Part shown: positions 59,002 through 64,000 of the stretch, piece after piece
Position numbering within the stretch: position 1 is the stretch's first letter
Layout of the letters: each line of letters opens with the position of its first letter
Assembly (NCBI GenBank): GCA_964492615.1
Contig: CAZBKZ010000007.1
Span: forward strand, 1,883-65,882
DNA: 64,000 nt
DNA from: an uncultured Syntrophomonadaceae bacterium
Lineage (GTDB): Bacteria > Bacillota > Dethiobacteria > DTU022
Reading direction: 5' to 3'
Notes under the pieces: generated by a model
The model's database searches: none
What the model saw: the letters and a program-made list of their open reading frames with translations, nothing else
What the model was told of the DNA's origin: nothing
Program-made: the position numbers and the translations under genes

Positions 59002-59750
59002 TAAGAGAGTGAACCTCCAATACCCGAGGCTATAACCACGGTTATATTATCGTACCCTCCCCTGGCATTGGCCAGTTCTATCAAACCACTGCCGAATTGA
59101 TCAGGATCGGGATTATCATTATAAAAAGAAAGTATTTCTTCATCACGCACCATGTTTGTTAAACCATCTGAGCAGAGTAAAAGGACAGAACCCGTTTCTA
59201 CTTCCTGTTCAGTTATATCGATCTCCAGCTCACTGCCAACTCCGAGAGCCCTGGTAAGAACGTGGCGCTGGGGGTGATTTACCGCCTCTTCCGGGCTAAC
59301 CTGGCCTGTGTCAACCAGTTTTTCAATCAGGGAATGATCTTTAGTAAGTAAAAATATTTTACTTTCATAAATCTTATAAGCCCGGCTGTCTCCCACATGG
59401 CCGATCGTCAGGCGATTTCCACAGAGAAGCCCTGCAGTCAGGGTGGTTCCCATACCGCGTTTATCCGGATATTTTTCTGATTCAGCCAGGATTTTACGGT
59501 TAGCGCGGACGAGCAGATCCTCAACCAGGCTGCGGGCTTGACCGACTGGAAGAGATGCAGATTTACCCATTTCCTGCCATGTTTCTTCTGCGGTTTCTAC
59601 AGCAATGGCACTGGCCACATTACCGGCGCGGTGCCCACCCATACCATCGGCAACCACCAGCAAGGCTAAATCCCCATCGGCTTTAGCGTAACAATTATCC
59701 TCGTTACGTGAACGTTCAAGACCCTGGTTCGTCAGTCCGGCTACCTGCAA
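59001..59750 (-). CDS. stp: PP2C-type Ser/Thr phosphatase (Stp1/PrpC)
   Basis: NED, ADGMGG, HVGDSR, CSDGL, DNIT. Confidence 0.93.
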   Translation of the reverse strand: MQVAGLTNQGLERSRNEDNCYAKADGDLALLVVADGMGGHRAGNVASAIAVETAEETWQEMGKSASLPVGQARSLVEDLLVRANRKILAESEKYPDKRGMGTTLTAGLLCGNRLTIGHVGDSRAYKIYESKIFLLTKDHSLIEKLVDTGQVSPEEAVNHPQRHVLTRALGVGSELEIDITEQEVETGSVLLLCSDGLTNMVRDEEILSFYNDNPDPDQFGSGLIELANARGGYDNITVVIASGIGGSLS

Positions 59751-59856
59751 ATGTCAAACCTCCATCCATCATATAAAATCAGCTTGTTTAAGTATAGCAA
59801 AGCACAGGCCGATAGGCAAGATTTGCCAGCAAATAAGATTACGGCCTCGGATATTT

Positions 59857-61218
59857 CTACCGCCTGCGCCAGAGGGCGATGAAAAACCCGTCAAGACCGT
59901 GCAGGTCAGGCCAGATATGGTGTGCCGGACCGGGAGCGGTTTTCTCCCGCAGCCCTTCCGGAAGCCGGTCAACAACCGGTTCTTCTATGAATTCGCCGTG
60001 CCCCTGGTTAAAAAGCGAAACCACATCGCTTGTTTCCTCGGGTTCCGTGCTACAGACAGAATAAAGCAGCCTTCCTCCCGGGGGCAGTATGGAAGCAGCT
60101 GCATAAAGAAGGGCAAGCTGTTCTTTCTGGAAAGCAGGTATCTTGCCAGGAAGGCGTCGCCATTTAATCTCCGGCAGACGTCCGATTACACCCAGTCCAG
60201 AACAGGGTGCATCTACCAGCACTGCACCGGTGCTGCCCAGGTTTAACGAAGCAGCCAGTCTGCCATCTCCTTTGATCGCCCTGATTATGTCAATGCCGAG
60301 GCGGACAGCCGCTTTTTCAACCAGCCTGAGACGGGCAGAATGTATCTCAACTGCGTATACCAGCCCTTCATTACTCATTAATTCAGCAATATGTGTGGTT
60401 TTACCGCCGGGAGATGAGCAAAGATCAGTTACTACAGCGCCAGGCTCCACACCAAGCAGGGGGGCAACCAGGGCTGAGCTCTCACCCTGCACCGTAATAA
60501 GGCCCTGTTGGAAAACATTTGATTGAGGCGGAGAATAGCCACTTGATACAATTCTGATCATACCCGGGACAAGAGGGCTTGGCTCAGGAGAGCATCCTTC
60601 TTTTCTTAATAAATCAATTACTTCTTCGGGGGAAGTGCGCAGTATATTCGGCCTGACTGAGAGCGCAGGTTTGAGATTAACAGCCCGGGCCCATGTTTCG
60701 GCCCGTTCAAAACCAAATCTTTTAACTGTTTTAGCTGCCAGCCAGGGGGGAAGGCTGTAGCGCAGCGATAAAAAAGCAACCGGGTTTTGTTTAGCTTCCG
60801 GCCAGGGCAACAAATCTTTTTCCTTTTCCAGGCGACGCAGCACGGCATTAACCAGGCCTGCCACTCCTTTATGACCGTACCTGCGGGACAGCCGCACTGC
60901 TTCATCGATGGCGGCATAAGCGGGGACCCGATCGAGGTAAAGCAGCTGGTAAGCGCTTAAGCGTAATAAATTGCGAATCCAGGGGGTAAGTTTTTCAATT
61001 TTTGTTTTGGAAAACAGGTTAAGCACCCAGTCCAGTGTATTGAGCCGCTGGATAGTGCCTGAAGCCAGCTGAACAGCAAGGGCTTTCTCTTTCACTGGCA
61101 GGCTGCCGGTAATTCCGGGCAAAATCAGGTTGAGGAAAGCCTGGTCTTCTTCATGGCGGACCAGGGCTTTCAGCGCTGCTTCACGAGCCCGGACAATGTG
61201 TTGTTTTCCGCTGACCAC
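59857..61218 (-). CDS. rsmB: 16S rRNA m5C967 methyltransferase
   Basis: NusB-like N-terminus, DLCSSPGGKT, VDAPCSG, YSVCS. Confidence 0.93.
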   Translation of the reverse strand: MVSGKQHIVRAREAALKALVRHEEDQAFLNLILPGITGSLPVKEKALAVQLASGTIQRLNTLDWVLNLFSKTKIEKLTPWIRNLLRLSAYQLLYLDRVPAYAAIDEAVRLSRRYGHKGVAGLVNAVLRRLEKEKDLLPWPEAKQNPVAFLSLRYSLPPWLAAKTVKRFGFERAETWARAVNLKPALSVRPNILRTSPEEVIDLLRKEGCSPEPSPLVPGMIRIVSSGYSPPQSNVFQQGLITVQGESSALVAPLLGVEPGAVVTDLCSSPGGKTTHIAELMSNEGLVYAVEIHSARLRLVEKAAVRLGIDIIRAIKGDGRLAASLNLGSTGAVLVDAPCSGLGVIGRLPEIKWRRLPGKIPAFQKEQLALLYAAASILPPGGRLLYSVCSTEPEETSDVVSLFNQGHGEFIEEPVVDRLPEGLREKTAPGPAHHIWPDLHGLDGFFIALWRRR

Positions 61219-61220
61219 GA

Positions 61221-62177
61221 TTATTCTTTCCCGCCCAGCAGCTCACCGGGTTCAACCCGGTAACCGCAGCAAAAAGAACCGGCGTCCATGGTCTTCTTTC
61301 CTGCCGGCTGCAAGTCAATAATAGTAATCGGTCCTTCACCGGTTAAAACTGTCAGCGAGCTGTCTCCGACAGACAGAATAGTGCCCGGTTCTTTACCATC
61401 AGCTGACGGCGCTATATCGGGAAGGGCTGCTTTCCAGACTTTAATCCTTTTTCCGCGCAATACGGTATAGGCTCCCGGCCAGGGGTTTAATCCGCGAATA
61501 CGGTTATAAATATTCAGAGCGCTACAGCTCCAATCGATCTTTTCATCAAGGGCAGTAAGCGGAGGGGCGTAAGTAACCAGGTTAGGGTCTTGCGCTGTTT
61601 TAGAGGCTGTCCCCGCAGCAAGGGCATTCACCGTTTTAACCAGGAGTGTTGAACCCCGGCCTGCCAGGCGGTCGTGAAGCATGCCTGTTGTATCGTAAAA
61701 TGAAATCTCTTCCTTCTCCTGCATTATAATATCTCCGGCATCAAGTTCACGGATCAAATCAATGATTGTAATTCCGCTGTAAGAAGCTCCATCGATAATT
61801 GCCCGGTGGATGGGAGCCGCTCCCCTGTAGGCGGGGAGAAAAGATGCATGTAGATTGATACAGCCAAGCGGCGGCTGTTCAAGAATGGTTTGAGTCAGCA
61901 ACCTTCCGTAGGCAACGGTTATGATCAGGTCGGGAAACTTACCGTGCAGCCATTCCAGAAATAGCGGTTCATCCAATGACTCAGGCTGCTGCACCTCGAC
62001 CTGGTTCCGCAGGGCCCATTCCTTGGCTGGAACACACTGCAGCTTGCGGCCGCGGCCCATGATACGGTCCGGCTGTGTAACCAACCCCACTATTTTGTGC
62101 GGGGTCATCTGCAGCAGGTCAAGCGATGGAATGGCAAATTCGGGGGTACCCATGAAAACAATTCTCAGTTTCTTCAA
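61221..62177 (-). CDS. fmt: Methionyl-tRNA formyltransferase
   Basis: FMGTPEFA, NLHAS.LP.YRGAAP, LDAGD. Confidence 0.96.
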   Translation of the reverse strand: MKKLRIVFMGTPEFAIPSLDLLQMTPHKIVGLVTQPDRIMGRGRKLQCVPAKEWALRNQVEVQQPESLDEPLFLEWLHGKFPDLIITVAYGRLLTQTILEQPPLGCINLHASFLPAYRGAAPIHRAIIDGASYSGITIIDLIRELDAGDIIMQEKEEISFYDTTGMLHDRLAGRGSTLLVKTVNALAAGTASKTAQDPNLVTYAPPLTALDEKIDWSCSALNIYNRIRGLNPWPGAYTVLRGKRIKVWKAALPDIAPSADGKEPGTILSVGDSSLTVLTGEGPITIIDLQPAGKKTMDAGSFCCGYRVEPGELLGGKE

Positions 62178-62656
62178 GACTGTTCCCCTTCCTGCAAATC
62201 ATCCGGGTCTAGCAGGCGAACTGCCTTATCGGTAAATAATACACCTTCAAGGTGATCTATTTCATGCTGTAAAACCCTGGCCAAAAACCCTTCAGCGGTA
62301 AGGCGAAAAGGCTTCCCCTCTCGATCGAGGGCGGTAACAACAACTCTGGTTGCCCGGGGCACTTCACCGTATGTTTGCGGAACGCTAAGGCAGCCCTCTA
62401 CTCCAAGCTCTTCGCCGTCAGAAGTTTCACAGCGCGGATTAATCAATTCATAAATGGTTTCATCACCATCAAGAGCAATAAGGATGCGCTTTGAAACCCC
62501 AACCTGGTTAGCGGCAAGGCCTACACCGTTCGCCTCCTGCATCGTTTCACGCATGTCGTCAAGCAGGCGTATAACGCCGCTGTTGATTTTCCCTACTTCA
62601 GCCGCCCGCTTGCGGAGCACAGGGTGATTATCTTTTAGTATGTTTCGTAAAGACAT
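62174..62656 (-). CDS. def: Peptide deformylase
   Basis: GVGLAANQ, EGCLS, QHEIDHL; start chosen at ATG 62656. Confidence 0.95.
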   Translation of the reverse strand: MSLRNILKDNHPVLRKRAAEVGKINSGVIRLLDDMRETMQEANGVGLAANQVGVSKRILIALDGDETIYELINPRCETSDGEELGVEGCLSVPQTYGEVPRATRVVVTALDREGKPFRLTAEGFLARVLQHEIDHLEGVLFTDKAVRLLDPDDLQEGEQS

Positions 62657-62756
62657 ATAATTACCGGGTTGAAACCCGGCCAACACCTCGCTTTCGCCGT
62701 TTTTCGTTCGTTTATTATGGTGAAAGGGTCGTGCAGGCCTTTTCACTACTGTTAAA

Positions 62757-64000
62757 TTATAGCACTACAAGAGGGTTAAAATCTACTGTCATGCGCACAG
62801 GCCAGGCCGGTTTGACACTGTGGTATTCCCGGATAACTTTTTTTAAACCGGGAGAGATCCGGGTCAGGGCTTTGCCCTTGATTACTGTCTGCACCCTGAA
62901 CATTTCTTTTATTCTGTAAAGGGAGGCCGGGGCCGGGCCGAGGATTTCGGCACCTTCAACAACAGGCTCTAACAGAGAGGTCATCCAGCTTGCAGCTTCA
63001 AAAACTTTTTTTTCATCACTGCCGCTGAAGAGTAAACGTATCAAATCTGAAAAGGGAGGGTATTCAAGCTGGCGCCTGTTCTCAATTTCCGCCTCATAAA
63101 AAGTATGATAATCGTGCTCCGCGGCAGCCAAAATGCTATAATGCCCGGGGTGATAAGTCTGGACAATTACCCTGCCCCCGCGCTCTCCTCGCGCAGTCCG
63201 TCCAGCTACCTGAGTCAGCAGCTGAAAGGTGCGTTCCGGGGCACGAAAATCAGGAAGGTTAAGGGCAGTATCAGCGGCAACCACTCCAACCAGAGTAACA
63301 TCTGGAAAATCAAAACCCTTGGCAATCATCTGGGTTCCGATTAGAATAGTAGCCGAACGTTCTCTGAACTGTTTGTAATACCGGCTGTGCGCCTGCCTGC
63401 TGCTGGTTGTATCGCTATCCATGCGAATCAGCGAAAGCTGGGGGTAGAGCTTTTTAACTTCATCCTCCACTCTCTGCGTTCCGGCACTGAAATAACGTAT
63501 TTTAATACCCCCGCAATCGGGGCAGCTCTGGGGTACTTCCGCCTCGTAACCGCAGTAATGGCAACACATTCGCTCACGGTCCAGGTGCAGGGTCAGGGAC
63601 ACGTCACAAGAAGGGCAGCGAACCACGTAGCCGCATTCCCGGCACAGGACAAACCCTGAAAAGCCACGGCGGTTAATGAAAAGAAGGGCCTGTTCATCCC
63701 TGCTGACAACTCCTTCCAGTTCCTGCAGCAGGAGGCGGCTGAATATGTGACGGTGATTATCTTTCAGCTCACTGCGCATATCTACTATAGTAACCGGAGG
63801 AAGCTGAGTGGGAGTTACTCTTGAGGGCATGTCCAGGAGCAGGTCTTCTCCCTCTACAGCCCTGTAATAGCTTTCCAGTGAAGGTGTTGCGCTGCCAAGA
63901 AGTAAAACAGCCCGGTGATAGCGAGCTCTCCACCAGGCTACGTCACGGGCATGATAGCGAGGCGCTTCTTCCTGCTTATAAGTGGTTTCATGTTCTTCAT
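62757..64000 (-). CDS. priA: Primosomal protein N' (5' part outside the window)
   Basis: EEHE.TYKQE..PRYHAR, LGSATPS, NRRG, four CxxC pairs, GTQMIAKG, QVAGR. Confidence 0.95.
   Translation of the reverse strand, partial: EEHETTYKQEEAPRYHARDVAWWRARYHRAVLLLGSATPSLESYYRAVEGEDLLLDMPSRVTPTQLPPVTIVDMRSELKDNHRHIFSRLLLQELEGVVSRDEQALLFINRRGFSGFVLCRECGYVVRCPSCDVSLTLHLDRERMCCHYCGYEAEVPQSCPDCGGIKIRYFSAGTQRVEDEVKKLYPQLSLIRMDSDTTSSRQAHSRYYKQFRERSATILIGTQMIAKGFDFPDVTLVGVVAADTALNLPDFRAPERTFQLLTQVAGRTARGERGGRVIVQTYHPGHYSILAAAEHDYHTFYEAEIENRRQLEYPPFSDLIRLLFSGSDEKKVFEAASWMTSLLEPVVEGAEILGPAPASLYRIKEMFRVQTVIKGKALTRISPGLKKVIREYHSVKPAWPVRMTVDFNPLVVL

Overview
Chromosomal window from an anaerobic Bacillota (Clostridia/Dethiobacteria-like; inferred from gene content and synteny). 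Left part (1-20.7 kb): peptide ABC transporter plus two M20 peptidases, an MBL hydrolase, a minus-strand CoA-transferase/GNAT - GNAT - MshA-like glycosyltransferase - PIG-L deacetylase cluster, transaldolase, M23 peptidase, a fused GlpA-like/FAD oxidoreductase with DUF1667, a radical SAM protein, BrnQ and an arginase-family protein. An AT-richer accessory block (~20.7-33.1 kb) holds a selenoprotein split by the ORF track (in-frame UGA, U-P-G-C motif, SECIS hairpin), a MalT-type regulator, three uncharacterised cupin-like paralogues under a duplicated 29-bp palindromic operator, a TRAP transporter lacking the carboxylate-binding Arg, and a degenerate Fe-S aldo-keto reductase. A second accessory block (35-41.5 kb) has a CRP/FNR regulator fused to a cobalamin-binding module, with a class II-positioned operator in front of a methyltransferase-corrinoid pair, a c-di-GMP-II riboswitch-controlled GLUG surface protein, and a recombinase remnant running into tRNA-Leu(GAG). 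The right part is mainly core genome: glycoside hydrolase/MFS, paired C-N hydrolases, coaE-mutM-polA, an FMN-riboswitch rib operon and priA-def-fmt-rsmB-stp-pknB-rsgA-rpe. All calls come from motif recognition by eye; no database searches were run.
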